A program made the translations under genes and the position numbers. Under the pieces are notes generated by a model, which saw only the letters and a list, made by a program, of their open reading frames with translations, was not told where the DNA came from and did no database searches. Below are positions 51,562 to 64,000 of a DNA stretch of 64,000 nt, in pieces (positions within the stretch are counted from its first letter, which is position 1; each line of letters begins with the position of its first letter). The stretch lies in assembly GCA_963796275.1 (NCBI GenBank), contig CAWCKY010000003.1:1472001-1536000 (forward strand), read 5' to 3'. Source of the DNA: an uncultured Acidobacteriota bacterium (lineage in GTDB: Bacteria > Acidobacteriota > Blastocatellia > RBC074).

Positions 51562-52224
51562 ATGCGAATCTGCGAGTCGCGCTATCTTGGTTTGATTCCT
51601 TATGCTGAAGCTCACGAACTTCAGCAGGAACTCGTAGAGAAGAGGAAACGGGACGAAATACCTGATCAGGTCCTGCTGCTCGAGCATCCTCACGTCATTA
51701 CGCTCGGGCGCGCGGCGAATGGAGCGAATGTCCTGGTCGACGAGCGGACGCGCGCGCATTTCGGAGTCGAGTTATTCGAAACCGGGCGGGGCGGCGATGT
51801 CACCTATCACGGACCTGGGCAGCTCGTCGGATACCCGATCATCAAACTCGCGCCGGATCGCTGCGATATTCGTCGCTACGTCCGTGATCTCGAAGAGGTC
51901 CTCATCCGGACTGCCGCAGATTTCGGGATCGCTGCGGAGCGGGTCGAGGGATTGACAGGCGTTTGGGTCGGTGATGAGAAGCTGGGAGCGATCGGTGTAC
52001 GAATTTCGCGCTGGGTGACGATGCATGGTTTCGCGTTCAACATCACGACCGACCTGAACTATTTTCAATTGATAGTGCCGTGCGGAATCCACAATCACGG
52101 CGTCACCTCGCTGCACAAACTTTTAGGCTCGCCTGTCGAAATGAGCGCAATCGAGGAGATAATCACGAATCATTTCGGGGAGGTTTTCGAGAGAGAGATG
52201 GTGCCGTTTGCCGGTAATCGGTAG
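51562..52224 (+). CDS. lipB: Lipoyl(octanoyl) transferase
   Basis: LEHPHVITLGR, GRGGDVTYHGPGQ, KLGAIG, HGFAFN, IVPCG. Confidence 0.96.
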   Translation: MRICESRYLGLIPYAEAHELQQELVEKRKRDEIPDQVLLLEHPHVITLGRAANGANVLVDERTRAHFGVELFETGRGGDVTYHGPGQLVGYPIIKLAPDRCDIRRYVRDLEEVLIRTAADFGIAAERVEGLTGVWVGDEKLGAIGVRISRWVTMHGFAFNITTDLNYFQLIVPCGIHNHGVTSLHKLLGSPVEMSAIEEIITNHFGEVFEREMVPFAGNR

Positions 52225-52269
52225 TCGGATGCTTTCTCCCGACAACCGGCAACCGATATCTAACTATTT

Positions 52270-53577
52270 ATGAAAAGATTTCGACTCAGCCTCACCACTC
52301 AAATATTCATCGGTCTGGCGCTCGGCGTGCTAGTCGGCTTTATCATCCATCATTTTTTCGACAACCAACCCGAAACGAAGGCTCAGGTCGTCGCATGGAT
52401 TCGCGTCATCAGCCGCATCTTCCTGAGTCTGATCAAAGTCATAATTGCTCCGCTCATCTTTTCAACGCTGGTGGTCGGAATTGCGGGTGCGGGGAATATC
52501 AGAGAGATCGGCCGGATCGGGCTGAAAGCGATCATCTATTTTGAAATCGTCACGACTCTCGCCCTCTTCATAGGGCTGGGCGCGGTCAACATCACCAAAC
52601 CGGGCGCCGGCGTCAACCTTCCGCCCGAGAAGACCGCCGAGGTGAAGGAGATTGAAACCAGGGCAGTCAGAGTCACTCCGCAGGATCACATAGTCAATAT
52701 ATTTCCCACGAGCATCATCCGGTCTATGGCCGAAAACGATGTGCTCCAGATCGTCATCTTCAGCCTTATTTTCGCGGCTGCCGTTGCTGCCGTGGGAGAG
52801 CGTGGGCGGCCAGTCATCAGCTTCGCCGAAGGTCTGGCGGAGGTGATGTTCAAATTCACGAATTACGTCATGCGGTTTGCGCCCTTCGGTGTAGGGGCAG
52901 CAATGGCAGTCACTGTCGGGATGAAGGGGCTGACCGTCCTCAAGAATCTCGCCTACCTCATTTTAACTTTTTACGGCGCAGTAGCGGTCTTCATCATCTT
53001 TGTGCTGGGCGCGGTCGCGCTCGTCATCCGCCTGCCCCTGGGTCGATTTATAAATCTGGTCAAGGAACCGGTGCTGCTCGCCTTCACCACTACATCGAGC
53101 GAGTCGGCCTTTCCCAAAGCGCTCGAGAATATGGAGCGTCTGGGCGTACCGCGCCGCATCGTGAGCTTCATCCTGCCGATGGGTTACAGCTTCAATCTTG
53201 ATGGTTCGACGCTCTACCTTTCGCTCGCCTCTGTTTTTGTCGCGCAGGCTTACAACATACACCTTTCACTGGGCCAGCAGTTATCGATGATGTTGATCCT
53301 CATGCTGACGACCAAGGGGATCGCCGCCGTACCCCGCGCCGCGCTGGTAGTGCTCTCGGGGACGCTCGTCGCTTTCGGCCTTCCGCTCGAGGGAGTCGTG
53401 ATCCTACTCGGCATCGACGAAATTATGGATATGGTGCGGACGGCGACCAACGTACTGGGCAATTGTCTGGCGACGGTTGCAGTCGCACGCTGGGAGGGCC
53501 AATTCAACGATAAAGGGAATGACGTCCCCGAGCCTATCGATACGGTCCTTTCACCTCAAGAACAATCGGTCTCATAG
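52270..53577 (+). CDS. gltP: Dicarboxylate/amino acid:cation (DAACS) symporter, GltP-like
   Basis: AFTTTSSESA, GYSFNLDGS, KGIAAVP, DMVRTATNV. Confidence 0.88.
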   Translation: MKRFRLSLTTQIFIGLALGVLVGFIIHHFFDNQPETKAQVVAWIRVISRIFLSLIKVIIAPLIFSTLVVGIAGAGNIREIGRIGLKAIIYFEIVTTLALFIGLGAVNITKPGAGVNLPPEKTAEVKEIETRAVRVTPQDHIVNIFPTSIIRSMAENDVLQIVIFSLIFAAAVAAVGERGRPVISFAEGLAEVMFKFTNYVMRFAPFGVGAAMAVTVGMKGLTVLKNLAYLILTFYGAVAVFIIFVLGAVALVIRLPLGRFINLVKEPVLLAFTTTSSESAFPKALENMERLGVPRRIVSFILPMGYSFNLDGSTLYLSLASVFVAQAYNIHLSLGQQLSMMLILMLTTKGIAAVPRAALVVLSGTLVAFGLPLEGVVILLGIDEIMDMVRTATNVLGNCLATVAVARWEGQFNDKGNDVPEPIDTVLSPQEQSVS

Positions 53578-53606
53578 TCAAGTAGCTAAAATGATACTCC
53601 CCCTGC

Positions 53607-53780
53607 AGCCCCAAAAGGGCGCGCATATAATAGCCGGGTTTAAGGCTCCTGGAATTACCGAGGTGAAGAATCGAGTCCGGAAACGGCTCAAGATATTCGC
53701 CTCTATCGCGCCCTTTCTAGGCTGGCTGCCATTTGGTGGTCGTTTTCAGGGCGTCGCTTCGCTTTACCCCCGTCTATCAT
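53607..53780. repeat. Degenerate REP/BIME-like element
   Basis: AGCCCCAAAAGGGCGCG ... CGCGCCCTTTCTAGGCT inverted arms plus TAGCCGGG / CCCCGTCTA. Confidence 0.5.
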
Positions 53781-53844
53781 ATCTTTATACGGGTGAGCTT
53801 TTTGAATGCTGTTATGCAGCATCTATCAACATCAGGAGGCTCTT

Positions 53845-55077
53845 TTGCTCAAATTCGATCTGATCCATACTCTGGCATTCAGCGGCGTCGTGCTCTTTCT
53901 CGGATATGGCATCCGCCGCGTTATTCCAATTCTCGGTCGTTATAACCTGCCGGCCCCTGTTATCGGAGGATTGCTGGTTGCCGTCATGATCCTCATAATG
54001 CGCCGTTACGGGGTGACTCCCTTCGAATTCGATATCACGCTTCAGAGTCCGCTGATGATCGCGTTCTTCACCACCATCGGGTTCGGCGCGAGCGTGTCTT
54101 TGTTGCGTGTCGGAGGACCACAGGTGATGCTCTTCTTCATCATCGCAACGGTATTCGCCGTACTCCAGAATATTGTGGGAATCCTGATCGCGCTTCCCTT
54201 CGGGTTACATCCGCTCTTCGGCGTAATGGTGGGATCAGTGACGCTGACCGGAGGCCCGGCGACCGGTCTCGCCTTCGCACCGCAGTTCGAAGCTGCGGGA
54301 GTGACGGGAGCAGCCTCGATCGCCGTCGCGGCGGCGATGGGCGGCATCGTTTCTGGCGGAATTATTGGCGGCCCAGTCTGCACATACTTGATCGAGCGCT
54401 ATAAATTGAGGATTCCGAGCGAAAGCACACACAAGGTCAAATTGCCGGTGGCTGAGAACATCGTCGAGGAAAAGATGCCGGAGCCGGAGGCCGCCGCTCC
54501 TGCAGGCGAAGATGTGGAGTCATATGCATTGGTGAAGAACCTGGTCGTAATTCTGGTGGCATTGTGGATCGGTTCGTGGGTGAGCAAGTGGTTCACCTCG
54601 GTGGGGATCACATTGCCGGCCACTATCGGCGCCATGCTCGTCGCCGCCGCCATAAGAAATTTCGATGACAAGACGAAATTGATCGGGCTCTCGCAGCGGA
54701 TCATCGATGATTTAGGATCCGTTTCGCTTTCACTCTTCCTAGTCATGGCGATCATGACTCTGAAATTGTGGGAGCTGGCCGGATTGGCTCTGCCGCTGGT
54801 GATCATCCTCATCGCGCAGGTTATTCTGGTGGCGCTCGTCTGCCTCTGGCCGGTCTTCCAGTTGATGGGGCGCGATTACGAATCTGCCGTTATGAGCGGC
54901 GGATTCATCGGCTTTATGCTCGGCACGACCGCCAACGCGATGGTTGTTATGAGTACTATCGTCGAGCGCTACGGTCCGGCGCCCAGAGCATTTTTGGTTG
55001 CGCCCATGGTGGGGGCATTCTTTATCGATTTTACCAATGCGGTGATAATCACAGGTTTCATCAATATCTGGGATTAG
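53845..55077 (+). CDS. gltS: Sodium/glutamate symporter
   Basis: LPAPVIGG, FFTTIG, GSVTLTGG, GGP, GRDYESAV, P.VGAFFID; AGGAGG RBS before TTG 53845. Confidence 0.9.
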   Translation: MLKFDLIHTLAFSGVVLFLGYGIRRVIPILGRYNLPAPVIGGLLVAVMILIMRRYGVTPFEFDITLQSPLMIAFFTTIGFGASVSLLRVGGPQVMLFFIIATVFAVLQNIVGILIALPFGLHPLFGVMVGSVTLTGGPATGLAFAPQFEAAGVTGAASIAVAAAMGGIVSGGIIGGPVCTYLIERYKLRIPSESTHKVKLPVAENIVEEKMPEPEAAAPAGEDVESYALVKNLVVILVALWIGSWVSKWFTSVGITLPATIGAMLVAAAIRNFDDKTKLIGLSQRIIDDLGSVSLSLFLVMAIMTLKLWELAGLALPLVIILIAQVILVALVCLWPVFQLMGRDYESAVMSGGFIGFMLGTTANAMVVMSTIVERYGPAPRAFLVAPMVGAFFIDFTNAVIITGFINIWD

Positions 55078-55107
55078 ATTTTACGGCGCCTTGCCGCCAG
55101 CTATAAT

Positions 55108-56086
<979 letters not shown>

Positions 56087-56094
<8 letters not shown>

Positions 56095-56338
56095 CCCAAA
56101 CCAACTGCTCCCAGAGAACGAGCCCGGCCGATATTACGTGGATTCACAATGTATCGATTGCGATGTCTGCCGCGACATCGCCCCCGACAATTTCACGAGA
56201 GATATGAAAAAGAAGTATTCGTTCGTCTATAAACAGCCGGAAACCGATCGGGAAGAATACTTGTGCCGGGAGGCGATGGAATCATGTCCGGTTGATGCCA
56301 TAGGAGACGATGGAAAACAGATGGCGGCGCGCAAGTAG
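56087..56338 (+). CDS. Ferredoxin (single 4Fe-4S cluster)
   Basis: CIDCDVC...CPVDAI. Confidence 0.9.
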
Positions 56339-56534
56339 GCTATTTGAACATCAGTTGCCGAACCTCAGACGAACTCCGTACTGCCTGGAGTTACAGCTTG
56401 TCATACACAGATTATTTGCAGGAAATGATGTGAATTTGGCCGTGCGTTTTTAACGCAGTTTTAACGCACGGAAATCCAGTAACCGTCCCGCTTCGGTTCT
56501 ACCGTGGGTATAAACTGTAATTACGGAGGGGAAG

Positions 56535-57860
56535 ATGCTGATCCGAACTATATTGTTCTTTGCTGTGATTTCATCGCTCTGGGCCGGGAGAGCAGCAGGC
56601 GAGAATTGGCCTCAATTCCGCGGTCCTCGATCGACCGGTGTCGCCGAAGATCCGAAATTGCCGGACAAATGGAGCGAGACCGAAAATGTCGCATGGAAGA
56701 CCGATATTCCGGGCTTCGGATGGTCATCGCCGATTATCTGGGGAGACAAAATTTTCGTCACCTCGGTCATCAGCGCCGACGATATCGAAGCGCCGAAGAA
56801 AGGCTTATATTTAGGCGGCAACCGGCTCGAACCTCCGAAGGGTGAACATCGGTGGATGGTCTACTGCATTGATTTTAAGCGGGGCAAGATCGTCTGGGAG
56901 CGCGAGGTTTATCGTGGTGTTCCGCAGATCACCAGGCACCTGAAGAACACCTTTGCATCGGAGACTCCTGTTACCGATGGAGAGCGCGTCTATGCATATT
57001 TCGGCAATCTCGGTCTCTATTGCATCGATTTCAAGGGCAACCTGATCTGGAAGCAGGCAATCGATGCGCACCGCACCCGTTTCGGGTGGGGCACGGCCGC
57101 CTCGCCCGTCCTGCACAAGGATCGCATCTACCTTCTCAACGATAATGACGAGCAGTCATTCTTTGCCGCCTACGACAAGAGGACCGGGGCGCAGGTCTGG
57201 CGAACCGAGCGTGAAATCGGGACGAACTGGGCGACGCCCTATGTTTGGGAGAACAAACAACGGGCGGAGATCATAGTTCCCGGCTGGAAGGTAGTTCGCT
57301 CGTACAGCCTCGATGGCCAAGTCCTGTGGGAGTTCAAAGGGATGTCGTCGATCGTCATACCCACGCCGTTCTCCAAATTCGACCTGCTCTACATCGCATC
57401 GGGTTACGTCGGCGATAAGCATCGCCCCGTCTACGCGATACGTCCCGGAGCTTCGGGCGATATCTCGTTGAAAGAGGGCGAGAACAGTAATCGATTCATC
57501 GCGTGGTATCTGCCGCAGGGAGGACCATACAATCCGTCACCCATAGTTTATGGCGATTATTACTACACCCTGTACGACCGAGGGTTCTTTACATGCCACG
57601 ATGCGAAGACTGGCAAAGAGGTTTACAGCAAGCAGCGGATCGATCCGAGCGCCGGAGAGTTCACCTCATCCCCCTGGGCGTACAATGGAAAGATTTACTG
57701 CCTGAGCGAGGATGGAGATACATACGTAATTCAATCAGGGCCGGAATACAAAATGTTGGGCAAGAACTCGCTCGACGAGATGTGTATGGCGACCCCGGCG
57801 ATCGCCAGCAGCAGCTTGATCATCCGTACCGCCTCGAAACTTTATCGCATCAGCAAATAA
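56535..57860 (+). CDS. Exported PQQ-like beta-propeller repeat protein
   Basis: Signal peptide, NWPQFRGP, GWSSPIIWGD, TPVTDG, SPV, ATP repeats. Confidence 0.88.
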   Translation: MLIRTILFFAVISSLWAGRAAGENWPQFRGPRSTGVAEDPKLPDKWSETENVAWKTDIPGFGWSSPIIWGDKIFVTSVISADDIEAPKKGLYLGGNRLEPPKGEHRWMVYCIDFKRGKIVWEREVYRGVPQITRHLKNTFASETPVTDGERVYAYFGNLGLYCIDFKGNLIWKQAIDAHRTRFGWGTAASPVLHKDRIYLLNDNDEQSFFAAYDKRTGAQVWRTEREIGTNWATPYVWENKQRAEIIVPGWKVVRSYSLDGQVLWEFKGMSSIVIPTPFSKFDLLYIASGYVGDKHRPVYAIRPGASGDISLKEGENSNRFIAWYLPQGGPYNPSPIVYGDYYYTLYDRGFFTCHDAKTGKEVYSKQRIDPSAGEFTSSPWAYNGKIYCLSEDGDTYVIQSGPEYKMLGKNSLDEMCMATPAIASSSLIIRTASKLYRISK

Positions 57861-58008
57861 GTAAGGTAGTTTTTAGTTGATAGTTTTTGGTTGTTACAGA
57901 TAGCAGATAAATGCTGATAGTTCGTATAAATTGTCGCCACAATAGTGGCGTTGTTGCATGCAGGTACGTGCGACAACGCCCTCCTGTTCGGATATCCTCT
58001 GGATTCGT

Positions 58009-58716
58009 CTACTTCGATTTGGGCGCATCGCCAGCGCGCGAGAAAATGAGCGTCGCTACACCGCCGCCCTGGGACCATGGGCCGTCGATTTTTGTCAGCT
58101 CACGATTTATAACGCCCTCATAGCTGCCGGCAAGTTGCTTCATTTCAAATTTTAGGCGTTCCCCATCGCGGGTAATCGTCGTGACGGGAAGACCCGTGGC
58201 ATTCTGATCCGGACTGTCCAGCGTCGCCGTCATTCCATCTTCGTACGTGAGAATATGAAGGACGATGCGCAGTTTTCCCGACCCGGTTTCGATTACGCCC
58301 TCCCACTGTCCATCGATATCACTCGGCTTGAGAACCCGTTTCTTTCCCTCCGGAGGCGCGACCCTCGGGAGAAATTCCAGAGGAAAAGAAATGCCGGCCT
58401 GCGACCAGGTCCCTTTGAGAGCGGGGCGATCGGCATCGACTTTCCCTTCGTACATTCCGTCGACTGATGGAACGTCGAATTTCAGGACAGAATCTTTTAG
58501 GCTGATCGAGGAAATCGGTATTCCCGTTACGCCTTGATCGATACTGTCTAGTGTTCCCTTCAATGTGCCTGTCTCATCCTTTTTGAGATGCAGCACAACC
58601 CGGAGTTCCACCGGTCCGTTTTTCACCACACCTTGCCAATCTCCCTCAACCTTTTGAGCGTGAGCGATAAAGGTTACGGACAGAAAAAGAAACAATCCAG
58701 AAATGAGTCTGTTCAT
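58009..58716 (-). CDS. Hypothetical exported protein with two tandem homologous beta domains
   Basis: Signal peptide AHA-Q; duplicated G.W.G...LR.VLH...TLDS.DQ..G.P...G.WSQ.G. Confidence 0.75.
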   Translation of the reverse strand: MNRLISGLFLFLSVTFIAHAQKVEGDWQGVVKNGPVELRVVLHLKKDETGTLKGTLDSIDQGVTGIPISSISLKDSVLKFDVPSVDGMYEGKVDADRPALKGTWSQAGISFPLEFLPRVAPPEGKKRVLKPSDIDGQWEGVIETGSGKLRIVLHILTYEDGMTATLDSPDQNATGLPVTTITRDGERLKFEMKQLAGSYEGVINRELTKIDGPWSQGGGVATLIFSRAGDAPKSK

Positions 58717-58904
58717 AAATTTTTCTCCGCGGCTCATGGCTTTCCCGCAAGTTGAATGGTCGTTTTTCAATTTCAGTGAAATACGTGACAAAGGAATTTA
58801 CGGAGTATGTATATTCTTTGTTCCCACTTCTTATTTCTCTAGGGCGGCACAACAGTTGCGAACTATTAACATTTATTCTGCCAAAAACTAAAAACTAAAA
58901 ACTA

Positions 58905-60200
58905 TCAACTTCTTCTTATGTCATATGCGATCGAAATAAACGTTTGCAAGTAAACATTCACAGCTAGCCCCAGCGCCGCGTAAATCAGCAATGGGGGTCT
59001 CGCCTCATCAATCATCCAGATGGCTGTTGCGATTGAGAGACACATTACTGGCGCAATCCACCAGCGATAGATCACTCGATACCAGAAGACGAAGATCGCG
59101 ATGAATCCGAGCACTGCCACCATCGTGCCGAGCTGTATTGGCCACGCAAGAAGTAAAGCCAGGGAAAGGTAGTAGCTCACCGTTATACCGCGCACGAATT
59201 TTTGCAGAGTGTAGTAGTCTTCGTAAAAGAAAGGAAAGAAAGCGGCCAGGGCAGCGATGACCAGCCAATAATTTTTTTCACCCGCTGGTAAGCCCAGCGC
59301 GGCCACCAATGGGTAATGCCAGGTCAGGATAAGCCAGATCGGCATCGAATTGCGGATCCATTTGGCCAATCGTGTGGGTTTGATCAGCCACAGATCGGCG
59401 ATCAGATAGAGGTAAAAGGCTGCTGCCGGCAATACGATGCCGGGCCAGCGCGCGCTCAGGGGCCCGCGGCTCGAGGCCACCCACAGCGCTATCGGAATTA
59501 CGATAAGCGGAGCCCATTCATATAGACGGATGTGCGAAGGCGGCTGGCGATACCAATGTTCGATGGACTCTGCGCCGCGCAGGGATGGCGTGAGTGAGCG
59601 ATTTATGCTGGCGGCGACTTTCTCCATCATCAGCTGATGAAATTCTTTATCCTGACTTCGCGTCTCTCGCTCGATTTCACTGATCGTGATCGGTTCGTGA
59701 TATCGGATGATGATCTTGGCGGGTTTCAGCATCAGTTTCCATTTCGGCCAGGCGCGATAAGCGCCGCCGATGGTTACGGGAACAATGGGCGCGCCCGAAT
59801 CGATGGCTAATCGGGCTACCCCGGTCCGCATTTCACCGATCGGCCCGCGCTCCGAACGTTGCCCTTCGGGAAAGATTCCGAGCGCATCGCCGTCGTTCAG
59901 AACGCGCAATGCTTCGCGAAATGCCGACTCGCCTTTGCCTTTTCGTATATCTACGGGGAAAGCCCCGAGCACGCGAATCAATGGGCCGAGCAGCGGTACT
60001 TTGAAGAGCGCATCCCAGGCCATGAAACGTACCCGGCGCCTCAGCGGCAGCACGACAAACGCCGGATCGAGGTAGGACGGGTGGTTGCCGGCGATGATCA
60101 CCGCGCCGCGCTCGGGCACATTCTCAAGCCCGTGATATTCGATCGCGAAGAGGACGCGGAAGAGAGGCCATGCGATCGATTTGAGAAATGAAAGTAACAT
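58905..60200 (-). CDS. Lysophospholipid acyltransferase (PlsC-like) fused to a multi-TM domain
   Basis: NHPSYLD, FPEGQRS, PIVPV; hydrophobic C-terminal half. Confidence 0.85.
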   Translation of the reverse strand: MLLSFLKSIAWPLFRVLFAIEYHGLENVPERGAVIIAGNHPSYLDPAFVVLPLRRRVRFMAWDALFKVPLLGPLIRVLGAFPVDIRKGKGESAFREALRVLNDGDALGIFPEGQRSERGPIGEMRTGVARLAIDSGAPIVPVTIGGAYRAWPKWKLMLKPAKIIIRYHEPITISEIERETRSQDKEFHQLMMEKVAASINRSLTPSLRGAESIEHWYRQPPSHIRLYEWAPLIVIPIALWVASSRGPLSARWPGIVLPAAAFYLYLIADLWLIKPTRLAKWIRNSMPIWLILTWHYPLVAALGLPAGEKNYWLVIAALAAFFPFFYEDYYTLQKFVRGITVSYYLSLALLLAWPIQLGTMVAVLGFIAIFVFWYRVIYRWWIAPVMCLSIATAIWMIDEARPPLLIYAALGLAVNVYLQTFISIAYDIRRS

Positions 60201-60337
60201 TACTACGATTTTTTTCTGGCGCGATGCGGCGCAAGTGTAAGGAGGAGGAGTTCAGAAGTCAGGAGACGGAATCGAACTATCCCAATTCATTCTTAATTCC
60301 GCCTCCTGAATATATGTATTCGACTTCCTTCCTCCTT

Positions 60338-62065
<1,728 letters not shown>

Positions 62066-62359
62066 AAATTAAAGTCGCTTTCCTTGTATGGGATTTTCCA
62101 TGGAATGATACGTGAAACAACCACGGAGGCACAGAGACGCAGAGCGGAAATGGAGGTAATAGCAGTTGCCCGGATATCAAACGTTCGGGTCTTGTTGCAA
62201 ATAAACCAGCCACCCGATCCTCAATATATTGACTGGCTCAATTCCATTACCACTGCGTTGCTCTCACAATCTAATCTGTTCAAATAGCGATACGATCAAT
62301 CCGAGATCATCCTTCTCTCGTGCGCAGGGGAGCGAGGCCCATTTGAGATAGTTTCTTAG

Positions 62360-62388
62360 TTGACAATTTGTTCGTGAACGGTTATATT
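62360..62388 (+). promoter_or_regulatory. Sigma70-type promoter for marR with internal palindrome
   Basis: TTGACA-N17-TATATT ending 10 nt before ATG 62399; GTTCGTGAAC inverted repeat in the spacer is a candidate operator. Confidence 0.75.
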
Positions 62389-62398
62389 CTCGACTGTT

Positions 62399-62845
62399 AT
62401 GACGAAGAGGGTGAAAATTCCGCCGAGCGTCGCCGAGCAGGCGATGGTGCGGTTGATGCGCGCTGGCGACCGGATGTGGCGCGCGTCGGACGAGAGGTTC
62501 GGGCGCTGGGGGTTGACCGACAACCATTACAACGTTTTGCGGATTCTCAACGGCGTGGGAGAGCCGATCTCGCAGGTTGAGATCGGGCGCCGCATGCTCT
62601 CCTCGCGCGCCAACGTGACCAAGCTCGTCGACCTGCTGGAGGGGCGCAAGATGGTCAAACGTCACTCGAGCCAGGATCGGCGGGTTAATCTGGTCGCATT
62701 GACCGGAGAGGGAGCCAGGTTCATCGAGGAGACTGCCTTTGAAGTCATCGGATTCGCCAACGAGTCCATGAATGCGCTCACGCGCGACGAGCAGAAACTA
62801 CTCTTCAACCTGCTCGGGAAATTGCTGAATAAAGAGGAGTTTTGA
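62399..62845 (+). CDS. MarR family transcriptional regulator
   Basis: GLT..YNVLRIL, NVTKLVD.LE, DRRV..V.LT..G. Confidence 0.92.
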   Translation: MTKRVKIPPSVAEQAMVRLMRAGDRMWRASDERFGRWGLTDNHYNVLRILNGVGEPISQVEIGRRMLSSRANVTKLVDLLEGRKMVKRHSSQDRRVNLVALTGEGARFIEETAFEVIGFANESMNALTRDEQKLLFNLLGKLLNKEEF

Positions 62846-62858
62846 GAAAGGAGGAATT

Positions 62859-63554
62859 GTGCAGATTATCAGAGCGAAAGACCGGTTCCATCTGGAGAGC
62901 GACTGGCTCTCGGCCTATTGGCTCTTCAGCTTCGACCGTTACTATGATCCCGAAAATTTGATGTTCGGTCCGTTACGGGTCTTCAACCACGACAAGGTCC
63001 AGGGAGGAGGCGGATTCCCCACGCATCCGCATCGCGAGATGGAGATAGTCACCTACGTGCTCGAGGGAGAGCTTGCACACAAAGACAGCACCGGAGGCCG
63101 AGGAATCATCCATGCCGGCGAAGTGCAGCGGATGTCGGCGGGAACGGGCATCGCTCATTCGGAATTGAACGCATCGCGGACCGAGTCTGTCAGGCTTCTG
63201 CAGATGTGGGTCTTGCCCGAGCGATCCGGCCTCACGCCGTCTTACGAGCAGAGGCAATTCTCTTCCGAGCAGCGCACCGGAGTGCTCCTGCCGATCGCTT
63301 CTGGGCAGGACATGCCGGGGACCGTGAAGGTGCACCAGGATGTGGCATTTTATGTCTCCCACTTGCGCGAGGGCGATCGAGTCGCGCACGAGCTGAAGCC
63401 AGGCCGGCGCGCTTTCCTTTACGTGATCGAGGGAGAGGTGACGCTCAACGGAGAGAATTTGAGTGCTGGTGATCAGGCTCGCATAACTGAAGTGAGGAAT
63501 CTCGAGCTCACCAGTTCGAAGATGTGCGAGCTTATTCTGATCGACCTGCCGTAA
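62859..63554 (+). CDS. Pirin family protein
   Basis: [38 protein letters not shown]. Confidence 0.94.
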   Translation: MQIIRAKDRFHLESDWLSAYWLFSFDRYYDPENLMFGPLRVFNHDKVQGGGGFPTHPHREMEIVTYVLEGELAHKDSTGGRGIIHAGEVQRMSAGTGIAHSELNASRTESVRLLQMWVLPERSGLTPSYEQRQFSSEQRTGVLLPIASGQDMPGTVKVHQDVAFYVSHLREGDRVAHELKPGRRAFLYVIEGEVTLNGENLSAGDQARITEVRNLELTSSKMCELILIDLP

Positions 63555-63643
63555 TTAGAAAACATCGTAAGCAGCTGGCTTTCGTCAAAATTTATTACGC
63601 GGAAGACGATGGCCAGCTGCAGCTAATTGTCTACAGGAGTGAG

Positions 63644-64000
63644 ATGGAAGTTTCTGAAACGTTACAATTAATCAAAGAACGCATTTCCACAAATCTATAC
63701 GATAAATCGCGCAAACTATCCGAAACAGAGATAGGAGAACTCGTCTCCTATGCCATCGAGTCGCCGTCCTCGTACAACATCCAGCACTGGCGTTTTGTGG
63801 CCGTGACGAAGCCGGAAGAGAAAACGCGTCTTAAGGCTGTCGCTTACAATCAACAAAAGATCGAAGATGCGGCAGTAACTTTCATCGTGCTGGGTGATCT
63901 GCGCGGCTATGAGAAGCTCGGCGAAATCCTCGGTCGCTCGGTTGAAGAAGGAATCCTCGAACAAAAGGTGGCAGACGCATGGGCCGATTCAGCTACGAAA
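63644..64000 (+). CDS. Nitroreductase family protein (3'-truncated by window edge; not in ORF track)
   Basis: Translation [16 protein letters not shown]...[16 protein letters not shown]...[11 protein letters not shown]; AGGAG RBS. Confidence 0.88.
   Translation, partial: MEVSETLQLIKERISTNLYDKSRKLSETEIGELVSYAIESPSSYNIQHWRFVAVTKPEEKTRLKAVAYNQQKIEDAAVTFIVLGDLRGYEKLGEILGRSVEEGILEQKVADAWADSATK

Noticed and set aside
56440-56471. CCGTGCGTT...AACGCACGG hairpin after the ferredoxin gene
   Set aside because: Cannot distinguish terminator from operator or chance; no clear U-tract

Overview
Bacterial chromosomal window. The protein styles and intergenic repeat families suggest Acidobacteriota (Blastocatellia-like); this is inference only. 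The centre (about 8.9-38.1 kb, all + strand) is a type VI secretion system (T6SS) locus, tssK-L-M-A-B-C-hcp-E-F-G-clpV-[caspase/TPR]-vgrG-DUF4123. No tssJ, PAAR, FHA/kinase or effector-immunity pair is recognisable in it. It is preceded by an envelope module: an FGE-sulfatase-like (TagR-like) membrane protein, two exported DUF4384-like proteins, a trypsin-like protease, and two genes carrying three SLT lytic-transglycosylase-like domains, only one of which looks catalytic. An exported caspase-like protease with an intact His/Cys dyad sits between clpV and vgrG. Several genes in the locus carry in-frame GGGGCA-core microsatellites, and the spacers contain REP-like hairpins. The flanks are mostly housekeeping: S41 protease, mlaEFD, a frameshifted OmpA-like/PKD gene, gdh, larE, YtrA/SPFH, purEK, E2-lipB-gltP-gltS-lipA-ferredoxin, a plsC-like gene, an IlvD/Edd dehydratase, and MarR-pirin-nitroreductase. 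No rRNA, tRNA, CRISPR array or transposase was recognised. All family calls come from motif recognition by eye, not database searches.
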